DNA of 64,000 bases, taken from positions 22,322,001-22,386,000 of the forward strand of contig CM052816.1 of the NCBI GenBank assembly GCA_028534125.1, written 5' to 3'. Positions 21,181 through 33,884 of the stretch are shown piece after piece. The stretch comes from Lama glama. Lineage: Eukaryota. The translations under genes and the position numbers were made by a program. The notes under the pieces were generated by a model. It saw only the letters and a program-made list of their open reading frames with translations, had not been told where the DNA came from and made no database searches. Position 1 is the first letter of the stretch. Every line of letters begins with the position of its first letter.

Positions 21181-23229
21181 TACTAGGCCTCTAAACAAAT
21201 ATTTCAATAAATTCTCCCTACCCTTTATTAATTCTAAAATAAACACAATAGGTGGTAAGTAACTACAGATGTATGAGAACACATATGCATGTACATTGCA
21301 CTCTGGCACATACCAAACCCAGATGAGTTTTTTTTTTATTTTTGCTATTGTTTTTGTTTTTACCATCAGTTCTTAGTTACAAGGAGTCGCACTTCAATCA
21401 GAGGATCCGGGTATAACTGGTACATGGGCTTCTAATTTCGAACTCCAAAACACATCACAAATCAGAGCCTCATAGCCAAACTAAAGCAATACTGGGCAAG
21501 CATGATAGCTAGGTTAAAACAAAAATCTAACTTGCACAAAAGAATACACGTTGATTTTTAAAGTAACTTCAGTAAAAGATTATACTTTTGGATTTTATAT
21601 AAGCTTTTTTTTTTTTCTAAGCCATTGTCTCCATCATTTGAGAATGAGGAGTGAAACAAATCAAAACTGCAAGGAAACAGGAGCAATGCACAGCAGCCAC
21701 CTAAGGACTCAGACAAACCTATGGCACTTCTACTGGGATCTTCAAAGACGATTCAGACAGCTTGCCCCTAGCGTGGATACACTCAGAAAAAAATAGGACA
21801 CATCCAAACATGTATGATACAAGGTAGAACACCGAAAGAGAATGGGAGATACCAAAAAACATACCACAAGTATTTGTAAGAACAGGATCCTTTTCAGTGG
21901 GGATAAGGGAAGATTTCCTAGAAAAGTATCCTCTGGGAGAGGTTTTAAAGAATGGTGTTTAAAGAATAGTTAACAAGGCTCAATTCAACAGATACTTGTT
22001 GCCAACCAACTGTGCAGCAGGACCTATTCTGGGCAGTGGACATTCAGTGATGGAAGTCTGCGCTTAAGCTGGGGGATGGGGGTGAAGAATGGTGAAAGAC
22101 AAGTAAAACCAGCAATTCAGCACTGTTCTGGATTCCAACTCTTTCCACCCCTCACTACTTCTGACGTCCCTCTGCCTCTGAAGCCTTCCTAGGCTCTGCC
22201 TCGTGTACCCACAAACAGCTTATCTCTTCTCTGTTTCTGATCTTTCATCTAGAACATGACTCTTATTCTCAGGTCATCCCAGCTGTGGGATCAGCGCTTC
22301 ATTCTCTGACCCTAACCCTGCAGCCACATGTAGACTGTGCCCGCCCACTGCCCCAGCTCTAACTCTAGTCAGGAAGCTGCAGAATCAAGAAGCTGCCACC
22401 GCAGCTTCCGGCTCCAGCATTACTCTAGTGTGAAGAGGAAGTTGGGCACACTTTGCTAAGTATTATCATAGAGATAGTGCTAGCGGAGGACATTTGACTC
22501 AGCCTTGAGGATCCAGAAAGAATTCCTAAAAGACCACATGCTTGAGAGGAATTATCCAAGAATGAAAGGAAAGGTGAAGAATTTTTTGACACAGCAGAAC
22601 AACATGTAAGAAATCAGGGAGAGATGAGAGTGTGACGCCCTTAGGGAACTAGAGGATGAGTTCAGGATCAGAGACGGGTTCCTGCCGGCACAGAGAAGGA
22701 AATTGTTTTGGAACTGCAAAGACACCAGATCATGTTAAGGAGTTTGGATTTATTTAGAAGATGATAATAAGTAGAGCAGAAAGACAAAATGCACTAATGA
22801 TGTTGCTTTAAGAATAAAGTTTTTATATATGGGCATATCATTAATGTATCATACATAACCTTTGAACTTTAAAATACTCTTCTTTGAATGATTTCCTTGA
22901 CAAGTGCCACATAGCATTCACTCATAGAGAACAGTATATGAAAACCTGAAACAGAACTATAGTACCTACATGATTATTTCATGCATAGCTGTTTGCTTTC
23001 AATAAATCATCCATATGGTGGAGGTTGATTTCTTCCTAGTTAATTTTTCATTCACCTGAACAGGTTTTTTTTAAATTATTATTGACTAGAGTTATCTCCT
23101 TATGAACAATAATTTGCATACACACAATATTCAGTGGGCACACTTAACATTCTCTAACATTACTATAAATAGTTTAATTATGTTTCCAGTTGTTTGGTGC
23201 TAGTAGTATATAGCATGCAACTCACTTTT

Positions 23230-23500
23230 GTCTTACATGGGATGTTTTGTTAATTTTAGATTATTTTCAGTTTTCTATGCAAACAATCAGTATCAACTGC
23301 AAATACTGACCATTTTATTTCCTCCTTGCCAATCCTTACACCTCCAAATAGGTTAGGACCACCAATGTAACATTTAACACAAAAAAACGATAGGGGAATC
23401 TTTGTCTCATTCCTGGTTTTACAGGGGATGCTTCTATATTTTCCCACTTAGAATGTTTGCTTTAGGTTATCCATAGCACTCTCAATCATGTTAAGGAAGA
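23230..23500 (-). mobile_element. Old L1M ORF2 (RT region) fragment
   Basis: The minus ORF 23256-23447 translation contains 'SIPCKTRNET' and 'GVRIGKEEIKWSVFAVD', matching the L1 RT motif GI.IGKEEVKLSLFADD. Confidence 0.75.
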
Positions 23501-23509
23501 TAAGGAAGT

Positions 23510-24130
23510 AGATCTAACATATATACAATTGGTATCCTCCAAGATATGAACCCCTCCCCTGCAAAATGACTATCTTAAGAATTTAAAGACATAAATCAAA
23601 GAAATTTTTTCTCCAGATAAAAGTCAGTAACCTGACTATTATGACTCAACCAACATGAGACATATCCTAGCAAAAGTTATTGAGAATCAAAGATAAAGAA
23701 AGAAAACTTTGGTTTGCCAGTTAAGAGTTCAGGGCACCATTGCTGTTCCAGATTTCTCCATAGCTTTGACTGCAAGTCAGTCAAATAATGTCCTCAAAGA
23801 ATTCAAAGTCCTCATGGAAAGAAAAGTGTGTCTCAAAAATTTTATGCCCAGTAAACTACTTTTCAGGATAAAAGCAAAAGAAGTACAATTCTTTATATGG
23901 AAGAATTCAGAGAATACAATACCCATATTCTTCTTGAACAAACTACTTGAGGATTTACTTTCAGTCACCTGAGAAATAAATAAAACCATGATAAAAGGAA
24001 CTGCAATACTGACTTCACTTACCTGTGAGAATAGAAAAAATTAAAGTAAGGTTTCAGTTAAAGAACAAAATGTAAAAGTTGTAAATTCTGATGTTAAAGG
24101 AATGGATATAACTTTTAACAAAAGTTGGGA
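23510..24130 (+). mobile_element. HAL1 / L1 ORF1-like fragment
   Basis: 'gacatatcctagcaaaagttattgagaatcaaagataaagaaag' and 'aattttatgcccagtaaactactttt' are ORF1p-like (RHILVKL, ILYPAKL) and HAL1-type. Confidence 0.6.
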
Positions 24131-24169
24131 GAGGGGAAAAAAAAGGCTCAAGCGATTTATTTAGGAAAA

Positions 24170-24246
24170 TTCATCTGGCATTGGGATTTTAAAAAATACT
24201 TCAAGGTAATTCTAATATACAGCTAAATTTACAAACCGCTGCACTA
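24170..24246. mobile_element. MER5A-like fragment
   Basis: 'aaggtaattctaatatacagctaaatttacaaaccgctgcacta' resembles the MER5A end. Confidence 0.5.
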
Positions 24247-25289
24247 TATGAATAATGATAGTTACTCTCCTTTTTAAGCCTCTCTTGTCCATGGTAAGTA
24301 CACCAAACGCTATTGATTTCTACCAGTCTCAGGACTGTTGAACAAGGAGATAGTGTGTAGCAAATGAGTATATTAAACCTTGTAAGAGAAAACTAAGTAA
24401 TTTTTTTTTCCTTCTTGGCATGAGACATTATTTTAGTCTTGGCAAGAGCTGGCTGTTCTTGACTATGAATCTGGCCAACTGTTACATAAGTCACGAACAA
24501 GTGTTACAATGACTAAATCCAATCAGTATGCCCTGTACCTGGAACATCCATATCAATCACAGAGACTGACAAAAAGTAGTAAGCACAGTAAGAACCAAAA
24601 AATAAATAAATTAGAAAACAGACAAACAGCCACCCAGAAATAACCGACTGTAAGCTTGGGTATCCAGCAAATTTAAGAATCTTTCTGGGGTCTCCTTCTG
24701 GGAAGAGGAGTTGCGAACTAACTTAATCCTTGTCCTTTCTCTCCTGTTCCTGTAATTTTCTTACTACATTCTGGGTTTTCCCATCAGCCTATTTGCTTAT
24801 ATATGGGTTTGCTCCACAGAAGCAGAGAAATCCATTCAGAATATTTGTATCAGCCCACTAGGCTGGCTGCAATTTAGAGCCACTGGTAGCCAATTTCTTT
24901 TACATTTTCTCTATGTACTGTAGGAAGAGCTCCTGTCCCTTATCATGTTGTCCACAACGCACCCTCCCCCTGAAATTACGAGTTCCCAGCCTTAGCCATG
25001 AAGACTACGCATTCACGTTTGTTTGTTTTTCTGGTAGAAAAACGACCGCAGTTCCCTTTTTGCAGTGAATCCACCTCTCCTCAGAGTGATCTACAAATTT
25101 TCAAGTCTGGGGCACTAGGAGACCTTACTGCTATTACTTAACCGCTAAAAGCTTAGAGCAGATTCCTCAGCAGCCCTCTTGTTCCTGGAATCATGGAAAT
25201 CCGTGGCCACCCTGCTCACTCTTACGTTAGCAGACACCATGGCTCCCGGCGCTCTGAGGCTTCAGACACCTGGAGCAGCCCATTTTCAA

Positions 25290-25860
25290 TGACTGAAAAT
25301 GTTCTTTGTGTACATAAAATGAATGAGGTTTCTGCAGTTGTGAGTACAGTGTTCTCCATATGTCCATTAAGTCAAGATTGCTAATATTATTTAAATCTTC
25401 ATTATCTTTTTTGTTTTTTAATTGTTTATCACTATTAAAGGAGGTAGATTAATATCACCCATTACGATTATGATTTCGTCTAATTCTGCTTATAGTGATA
25501 TCATTTTTTTGCCTCTAAATATGAGGGCCCTGTTAAGTCCATATAGATTTGGAATCTTATATCTTCCTGGTGAACTGGACGTGGACTTTTTATCATTATG
25601 CAGTGTTTCTCTATCTCTAGTAGTACTTTCTGTTTTAAAGCCTGATATTAAAGCTAAATCAGCTTTGATTTAGTTAGTATTGGTATGATCTAACTTTTCG
25701 CATCCTTTTGCTTTCAGTTTCAAGATCTCTGCTTAAAACAATGGGAGTTTACTGGATTATAATTTGACAGCTATTTCAGTGAGCACATTGAATCTATCAT
25801 TCCATTGTTTTTTAGCTTCCATTGTTGTTGCTGGGATCTAACTGTGGCTCCTTCAAAGAT
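25290..25860 (-). mobile_element. Old L1M fragment (ORF2 endonuclease / ORF1 region)
   Basis: 'ttctgcagttgtgagtacagtgttctccatatgtccattaagtcaag', 'catatagatttggaatcttatatcttcctggtgaac', 'ttttatcattatgcagtg'. Confidence 0.6.
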
Positions 25861-26062
25861 ATATACTGCAGATGTGAACCTGGGCAGCAGACAATTCAGA
25901 ACAACTGTTCCTGGATCAAAATCCACTTTCTTATGGGCTGAGACTATGAACCTGCTGGGCTAAATCAGAAACACAAAGTCAATTCATAAGAAACTTTAAA
26001 TTTTTATTGGTATCAGAACCTTTCCATTTTCATTGAGATTCTTTGCTTTAGAAATGACTAAG

Positions 26063-27489
26063 TTTTTTTTTTTTTAGGGTTCCTTTCTCTCATTTTTCTT
26101 CTGTTTTTGTTTTTAATGGAAGTATAGTTGATGTACAATATTATATTAAGTTACAGGTGTACAATATAATGGTCCACAATTTTTAAAGGTTATAGTTTAT
26201 AACCTTTATAGTTTATAGTTACTATAAAATATTGGCTCTATTCCCTGTATTGTACAATATTTCCCTGTCACTTATTTTGTTCATAATAGTTTGTACCTCT
26301 TAATCCCCTAACACTATATTGCACCCTCCCTACTTCCCTCTCCCCAGTAGTTACCACTAGTTTGTTTTCTGTATCTATGAGTCTGCTTCTATTTTGTTAT
26401 ATTCAGTAGTTTGTTGCTTTGTTTTTTTAGATTTCACATATAAGTGATATCATATAGTATTTGTCTTTCTCTCTCTGACTTACTTCAGTTAGCATAACAC
26501 CATCCAAATCCATCCATGTTGTTGCAAATGGCAAAATTTCATTCCTTCTTATGGCTAAACAGAATTTCATTGTATATATATATACACACCACATATTCTC
26601 CATCCATTCATTGGCTGATGGATACTTAGGTTGTTTCCATATTTTGGCAATTGTAAATAATGCTGTTATGAATACTGATGTCCATGTATCTTTTCAAATT
26701 AGTATTCTTGTTTTTTTCAGATATATACTCAGTAATGGAATTGCTGGGTCATATGTTAATCTTATTTTTAATTTTCTGAGAAACCTCCATACCATTTTCT
26801 ACAGTGGCTGCACCAACTTACATTCCCACCAACAAGTGTACAAGGGTTCCCTTTTGTCCACATCCCCACCAACATGTTATCTGTGGTCTTTCTGTCATTC
26901 TATCATACCTGTCATTCTGACATTAATGAGGTGGTATCTATTGTAGTTTTGATTTGCATTTCCCTGATGGTTAACGATGCTGAGCATCTTTTCATGTGAC
27001 TACTAGCCATCTGCATGTCCTCTCTGGGGAAATATCTATTCCGTTCTTCTGCCCATTTTTTGTTGTTGTTGGTTTTTTTGGGGGGGGGGGAGGTAATGAG
27101 GTATACTTACTTATTTTTAGAGGAGGTACTGGGAATTGAACCCAGGACCTCATGCATGCTAAACATGTGCTCTGCCCTCCCCCCTCTTCTGCCCATTTTT
27201 TAATTGAGTTGTTTGTTTTTTTAATGTTGAAGTGTATGATCTGTTTATTTATTTTGGATATTAACCCCTTATCAGTCATATTTTTTGCAAATAGTTTCTC
27301 CCATTTAGTAGGTTGTCTTTCGTTTTGCCAATGGTTTCCTTTGCTATGCAAAAGTTTTTAAGTTAATTAGGTCCCATTTGTTTATTTTTGCTTTTATTTC
27401 CTTTACTTTAGGAGATAGATTCAAAAATGTACTGCTATAATTCAGGTCAAAGAGTTTTCTGCCTATGCTTTCTTCTAGCAGTTTTATAG
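26063..27489 (-). mobile_element. 5'-truncated L1 (ORF2 3' end plus 3'UTR) with TSD and nested SINE
   Basis: Antisense L1 3'UTR ('gaagtatagttgatgtacaatattatat', 'ccatccatgttgttgcaaatggc'). The ORF at 26992-27351 gives L1 ORF2 'RQPTKWEKLFAKNMTDKGLISKI'. TSD tagaaatgactaag (26049-26062) / tagaaatgattaag (27490-27503). Confidence 0.92.
27062..27184 (-). mobile_element. Camelid tRNA-derived SINE (Vic-1/ALPINE type) lacking its A-box segment
   Basis: B-box 'gggttcaattccc' on the minus strand. Perfect 17 bp TSD tcttctgcccatttttt at 27045-27061 and 27185-27201. Confidence 0.9.
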
Positions 27490-27519
27490 TAGAAATGATT
27501 AAGCTCTGAGATCAGAATT

Positions 27520-27692
27520 GGCTGTGTAACTTGTGCAGCCCTGTGTAAAATGAAAATGCAGGGCTTCTTGTTAAAAAATTATTAAGAATACCAAGATAGT
27601 GACAGCAGAACATTATTAAACCAAGTCCCGGCTGCTTCTGAACATGGGGCCTGTGTGACTGCACAGGTCGCACACCCATGAACGGGGCCCTG
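27520..27692. mobile_element. MER91A-like (hAT-Tip100)
   Basis: 'aaaatgaaaatgcagggc...ggggcctgtgtgactgcacaggtcgcacacccatgaacggggccctg'. Confidence 0.75.
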
Positions 27693-28481
27693 GTGGAGAC
27701 AGACTCTGCTTGCTGAGCTGATTCTATTACTTTTTTTCACAAATGGAGACGTTTGTTCCATTAGGACTTCAGTGGAAGTCAAAGAAAAAAGTCATACAAC
27801 TTTAGAAAGAAATCAATAACCTTCTTACAAACATATATAGACGTCTCTAGAAAGAATACATAAATGAATTCTTACAATTTTCAGCTATTTATTTTCAGAA
27901 GACCCTAGTTATAATAAACAAGCAGAAATGCCAAAGAGGTAAAGAGACTCACTTTTGCTCATTTACTACAATTATTACCACTTAGTAGAAGGTAGTACTG
28001 AGGTGGAAGGAAAAAAAGAATTCAGAATTCAGTTCTGTTTTCTAAACATTTTCCCATAGCTACCACTCATCCTTTAGATTTCATTGTGGAAATGATAACT
28101 GAGATGAAAATAAGTACATACCAGTGAGTTAATAATAGTTGTGTGATACACACAAAGAAGTACAACAAGCTAAATTAAAATTTGGATATCTAATACGGTA
28201 TCATGCTTTCATAAGGTTGGACAAATGAACAGAAATAATACTATTTATTCATTCAAACAAATGCTTATTGTCTACTATATGTCAAAGTGAGAGTAAAAAA
28301 AATTGCATACATATATGTAGGTATGTAAATGTATGTATCAGAGATTAGTGTAATAGAAAAAAATGAGTAAAAGTAATAAGAAGTAAAGAGGCATTGAAAT
28401 TTTAAAGGAGTCATGGTCAAGGGAGATTTCACTGAGAAGATGACATTTGAAGAAATGCCTGAAGTATATTATGAGAATTTT

Positions 28482-28566
28482 TTTTTTATTGGAGGTACTG
28501 GGGATTGAACCCAGGACCTTGTGCATGCTAAGCATGTGCTCTATCACTGAGCTGTACCCTCCCCTG
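28482..28566 (-). mobile_element. Camelid tRNA-derived SINE (Vic-1 type, short form) within an L2 fragment
   Basis: Minus strand ggggagggtacagctcagtgatagagcacatgcttagcatgcacaaggtcctgggttcaatccccagtacctcc plus A-tail. TSD atattatga(g/a)aatttt at 28466-28481 and 28567-28582. Confidence 0.9.
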
Positions 28567-29799
28567 ATATTATGAAAATTTTGAGTGTGGTTGTGGATAT
28601 GAAGAGAATGAAGATAAAGGAGAAGACATAAATGATTGAAGCTGGTCCAGGAGGTATAATAAGGGTGTGGATCAAGAGACCGAGGTTTAGAGGTTGGCCC
28701 TGAAAAGGAAACAGACAATTCATTTTCTGAGATCAGAAAAAGTGACTAAAAATTAATTCAGAATAAAAGGGCATTGTAAATGATTGACTTTTGTAAACAG
28801 TTAAAGTGATATTAGCAAGGTTAAATCCTATGTGGCATAAGACAAAGTCTAAAAAAAAGCAGTGATATTAGTAGAGAAAAGAAATTGTATAGGATAGAAA
28901 GGTAAGAATATATAATTTGAGAGCTGAAGTACAGGATAAAGAAAAATGAGCTAATTTAGAAGAGTAAATGCAAAGATTGTATTAAATGAATTATTAATAC
29001 CACAGCTTATAAAGGAAGCATCATGCAAAATAAGAACATAAGTTTATAATCTTAAGAAAAATATAAAGTATCTGAAGGAAATTCAGAGGGTAGAAATTAT
29101 CTAGCATGCACCAGAAATTTACTTATTATCAGTAAACACTGTGTTGGATTCCATGTCCCCTGGCAATGAAGGCAAAAATGAATTACATTATGGCATGTAT
29201 TATTCATTTTCTGACATGAGAATGCATACAAAATTACTGATATGGGCACGTATTTTTTCAGAACTAACTTTAGGACAAATTTACCACAAGCCCTTTGATG
29301 TTTAAGGGGAACTGGATAACAAAATAAGTAATATTTTTACCATGATTTTATTATAATCAGGAAATTGTTATTCAAAATTTGTAAACCAGAGGGCAGTACA
29401 TCAATCAGATCACAGGTAAACAAGTGTCTAGGTCACATGTTTTGTCATGATCACATAATACATGGATGTTTATGCTTACAGAATCTTGCTTATGTTCTGA
29501 ATAAGATCTGCCTAGAGTTTACAGCAGAAGGTAAGAGTTATGCTTGATTAACCTCAGTATATAAATGTACTTTCCTGATAGCTTGTACAAAGCCCTAAAA
29601 TAAATGGTTAGTAGAAATTAGATATACAGTTTGAAAGGTAACCAGCCAAAAATAAGCACACAAGAGAATGTTAAGAGTACAGAAAGCCAATACCACTGTG
29701 TTTATAAATGAAAGAATAAAACGAAAAAGTAGTTTAGATTCTGACCTAAGACAGGACATAATAAAAATTCATAATATGAATTTTGAAATTCAGAAAAAT

Positions 29800-32100
29800 C
29801 TATAAAACATAGAGGAATGTTTGAAATTTGTAACTGAGCCCATAAGACAGAAAAATTCTAGGTACCAGAAATGAAAGATAACTTATTTCTAAAGTGGGAA
29901 GTGTATTCACTGATACTAAGGTAGATTACTGGATATAAATGTTGACTCTAATAGCCAGAGACAGAGGTTTAATAATCAAGAGACTGTAACAACAACAACA
30001 ACAACAAAATCTTGGCCCTTTCTAAGTAGAAATATGGAACTGATAATTCCTATAAAAAGCAATGACCTGTGGAAGGATTTCCCCTCTGGATAGAAACACC
30101 ATCAGATCAGAGAAAAGTCAAGGAAGTTTACTCTGAGCAGGGCTCTGGAATAGATATCCCACGCCCCAACTGAGAAACCAAAACAACGCCAAGCCTTTCT
30201 CTTGGATATGGAATCTGAATTTATTCTACCCCTACAGTGAGGGAACTCCCCACTGAGACATTAATATTAACACTGGAACTAGCCCCCAGTGAAAAGCACC
30301 TAGGGTACCTGGCTGTTGCAAACCCCAAACCACTCTATAGGAGTGCTTCGGCAACAATGGTCATATGACTTTCGCATTCAGTGTTCACAATAAAAAACGA
30401 CAAACACATGAGATTAGATTACAGTTCACAAAAACATAAATAACAGGAGGATAAGCAACCTCAAGAACTTCATTATAGAAACATACTTGGGAAAATTATT
30501 ATCTTTCAAATTATTTTTAAAAATCAAAATTTATTTTTAAATAATTAACAATAGGGATGTGGGTATGGCTCAGTGGTAGAGCACATGCTTGGCATGTACA
30601 AGGTCCTGGGTTCAATCCTCAGCACCTCCACTTAAAATTTAATTAATTAATTATTTTTTTTAATAAGAATAATAATAGTAATGAATTTTTAAAGAAAAAA
30701 AGGATTAAAGAAAACAACAGGAACCAAAATTACAGGGTAATACATATGAAAGAGAATGGACAACTTTGATTTTAAAAAAATATATAATTTCTAGAAAAGA
30801 AAAATAGTCATTCAAATTTAAGAAATTCAATAAACTTACTATTACTGTTATTAAATTACACATTATACACAGCTGAAACAAAGTAGTAAAATGGATGATG
30901 GAGAAGAGAAAATTATTCAAAATATATTATGCAGTGATAAAAGGATGGAAAACAAGATTCGGATGTTAAGAGACATTAAGGATCAACTGATAGGCCCAAA
31001 ATAGTCTGAAAAGTATTTTAGAGAGAATGGAGAAAACACAGGAGAGGCTATGTATGAAAACATAATGGCTAAGGTTGTCCAGGAATGATGAAATAAATAA
31101 ATTTCCAAATCAGAGGAGGCTGGCGAAGAATAAATGAAAGTAAATCCATATACAGACCCATCACAGGGATGTTACAAAATACACTCATTAAAAGGAAACT
31201 CTTTTGGCAACCTTGAGAAGAGGTGGATACTACAGAACACCTCAGATAAAAAGAAAAATCCAAAAGGCAATGGAAGAACAGTATCATTAACAAAAGATGT
31301 ATCAGTAGCAACTTTAGGAAACCAGAAAGCAAGGAATAATATTTTCAAAGTCTTAAAAATAAAGCAATTGCAGAATACAATTCTATATCAAGTGAAATCT
31401 TTATTCATAAGTGAAAGAAAAATAAAGACATTTTAGATAAGCCGGTTAAGGGAGTATGCCTCTCACAGACCCTCTCAGAAAGAACCTTCTTAACAAAAAG
31501 ACAATGAACTAAGGAAGAGTGAGATGCAAGAAACAACGGTGATCAAAGAACAGGAAAATGCTGACCTAAGAAAACAACAAAAATGACAGCTTGGGTGTTA
31601 AAAATAAGGTGATTTCCCTTCCCCCTCAAAAAAATGTTATTTTTTTAAAAGCTAAACTTATTTGAAAATTTATAGACAAAATAAGCCAAAATAGTTGACA
31701 AAATTTGAAACAGAAGAGTAAAGAGTGGGAGCTCTCTCTACAAGACATTCGAAAATTTTATGAAGATAGCAGAGTAACGTGATACTGGCATGTGAACGCA
31801 TAGACAGATCAGTGGAACAGAATAGAAAGCACAGAAATTGTTGTATCATATGTTGGAATTTAGTATACGACAAAGGTCGTACTCCAAGTCTTGTGGAAAA
31901 GATGGATTAAGCAGTTAGTGTGCTAGCAAAACTGGTAGCTACCAGGGAAAAATAAATTTAATCTCTATCTACCTAAAACATCACACCAAAATAAACTCTA
32001 GGTGGATCAAAGATTTAAATGTAAAAAGTTAAACTACAAACATACTATAAGAAAACATATTTACTAAAAATCTTGAATTGAGGAAGACTTTTCTAAGTGA
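29800..32100 (+). mobile_element. Highly decayed old L1M (5' region, ORF1 and ORF2 fragments)
   Basis: The ORF 31134-31436 translation has ORF1p-like 'ARNNIFKVLK...ILYQVKSLFISERKIKTF'. 31800-32030 is ORF2-like ('agacagatcagtggaacagaatagaaagcacagaaat'). Confidence 0.65.
30554..30665 (+). mobile_element. Camelid tRNA-derived SINE (Vic-1 type)
   Basis: gggatgtgggtatggctcagtggtagagcacatgcttggcatgtacaaggtcctgggttcaatcctcagcacctcca with A- and B-boxes and an AT-rich tail. Confidence 0.88.
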
Positions 32101-32388
32101 CAACAACAACAAAAACCCAGATTTATTATATATATACATATACATACAGAGAAACCATATACATATATACATATATGTGCATATATGTTTATAAATCTGC
32201 CATGACAAAGTAGATTTTAGAGTAGGAACGTAAAGCAAATTTCATCAGTGAGAAAATCTTTAACATAATTCATTACTGTTCTCACTGAAAGATTTAAAGG
32301 CTGTTATATCATCTCATTAGGTGTAGAAAAAGAAAACGATCAGAAGACTATAAATGGATAGAATCTTTCCTAATCTGAATAAGGATAT

Positions 32389-32783
32389 TGTGCAGCTGTT
32401 TTGACGTTTAGCTGTCAGCTTCATTCCTGCACTGGTGTTTTCTCTATCACAGGGGGCTGGAAGCCTGACAACTGTACTTCCCATGTTCCCTTGCTGTGCT
32501 TTGTTTAGATTCTGCCAGTGGGAGACAATGGAAAGGATTAAAAAGGTGGCAAAAGAAGAGGAGCCATTTGTTTCCCTCTGTTCCTGGCTCGAGCAGCAGG
32601 AGCAGCAGGAGCAGCTGTGTCCCAGCTGCCCAGAAGCACAGTATACCTGGGCTCTGTGTAAACAGCACTTTTACCTTTTTGCTCCTTAACCTTTCCAATG
32701 ATTTTGCACTTAGTTCCCTGTGTTAACCTCCCTCTAATATAACTTATGGTTTCTGTTTTCGAAACTGGGTAACAACTGATACA
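32389..32783 (+). mobile_element. LTR33-like ERVL solo LTR
   Basis: 'gggggctggaagcctgacaactgtacttccc', 'ttagattctgccagtgggagac', ending 'ggtttctgttttcgaaactgggtaacaactgataca'. Confidence 0.7.
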
Positions 32784-32849
32784 GGCATCCACCAGACTCT
32801 GCTAGAAACATGGTTATTAGTAATGGTTAGGGAGAGGAAGAGGGGAGGT

Positions 32850-33019
32850 TGGGGAGCATGAGTGTTCTCTGGTGTCTCTTCATACAGGATCAGGGCCCTG
32901 CCCTTATAACCTCATTCAACCTCAATTACTTCCTTAGAGGGCCTTCTCTAAATACAGCCACTCTAGGGGTTAGGGCACAATATGAATTTGAGGGGGACAC
33001 AAACATTCATTCCGTAACA
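32850..33019 (-). mobile_element. MLT1A/B-type MaLR LTR fragment
   Basis: 'cccttataacctcattcaacctcaattacttcct...tatgaatttgagggggacacaaacattcattccgtaaca'. Confidence 0.75.
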
Positions 33020-33884
33020 AGAGTATATGCCTTGAAAGAGGGTGAGAGGCTAGGCTGCTGGTGTTTGCACTCTAGAAAAAATGAGGTATTCTTAATTACC
33101 TTCAGAGCCAAGTGTCCTTTACTAAAGGGAACAGAACCTCTGAATAACTCAGGTAAGAGCCTTACAGAAACCAAAGACCAAAGCTAAAATTCTGATAGAC
33201 TTCATGGGAACCAGAAAGCTACCAGGGACCAAGGCTGCTCTCTGCTTACGGTCTATGGGGCAGATTCTTTACACGCTGCTGTAGGTTGGGCAGACAACAA
33301 AAGACACGTCAGACACAGCTGCTAACCAGGAAGATGGTAGGTACATCTAACAAACATTGCACTCATTCATACAGTTACTACACTACCAGTAAGATAGTGG
33401 GTGCCATTGTTAATTTTAAAAATTCATTTTCCAAACTTCTCTGTACCACCTTTAATTCCAGCATTCTAGAAATTGGTGAACTATACCATATTTGAAAGAC
33501 ACTGGACTTCAATAACCCAAATAAACACAATTTTTCAGTTTTATACTTGGTAAGAAAAGTTGCCAGTAGAGATAAATATAAAAAGTTCAAAATAAAATCA
33601 AATTCTATAAATTAACGTTCAATTTTAGTTTTACAAAACAAACGTATTCAACCTGACAATGAATCATGAACTACCAAATATAGAAGTTAGATTTCATGAC
33701 CATAAAGTTTCTACTTATTTATAATACCACATCTTGCAAAGGGATTTTCTTTAAAATTGTCGTTAATATTACTAATGGTAATGATGCCCCTTATAATTGG
33801 CCAGCTCCTAAACTGACCAATATTCTATTTGTAGCCAGAATAATGCTAGTACCCCAGGTGAGCTTTAAAGTGGTCTGAGTAATT

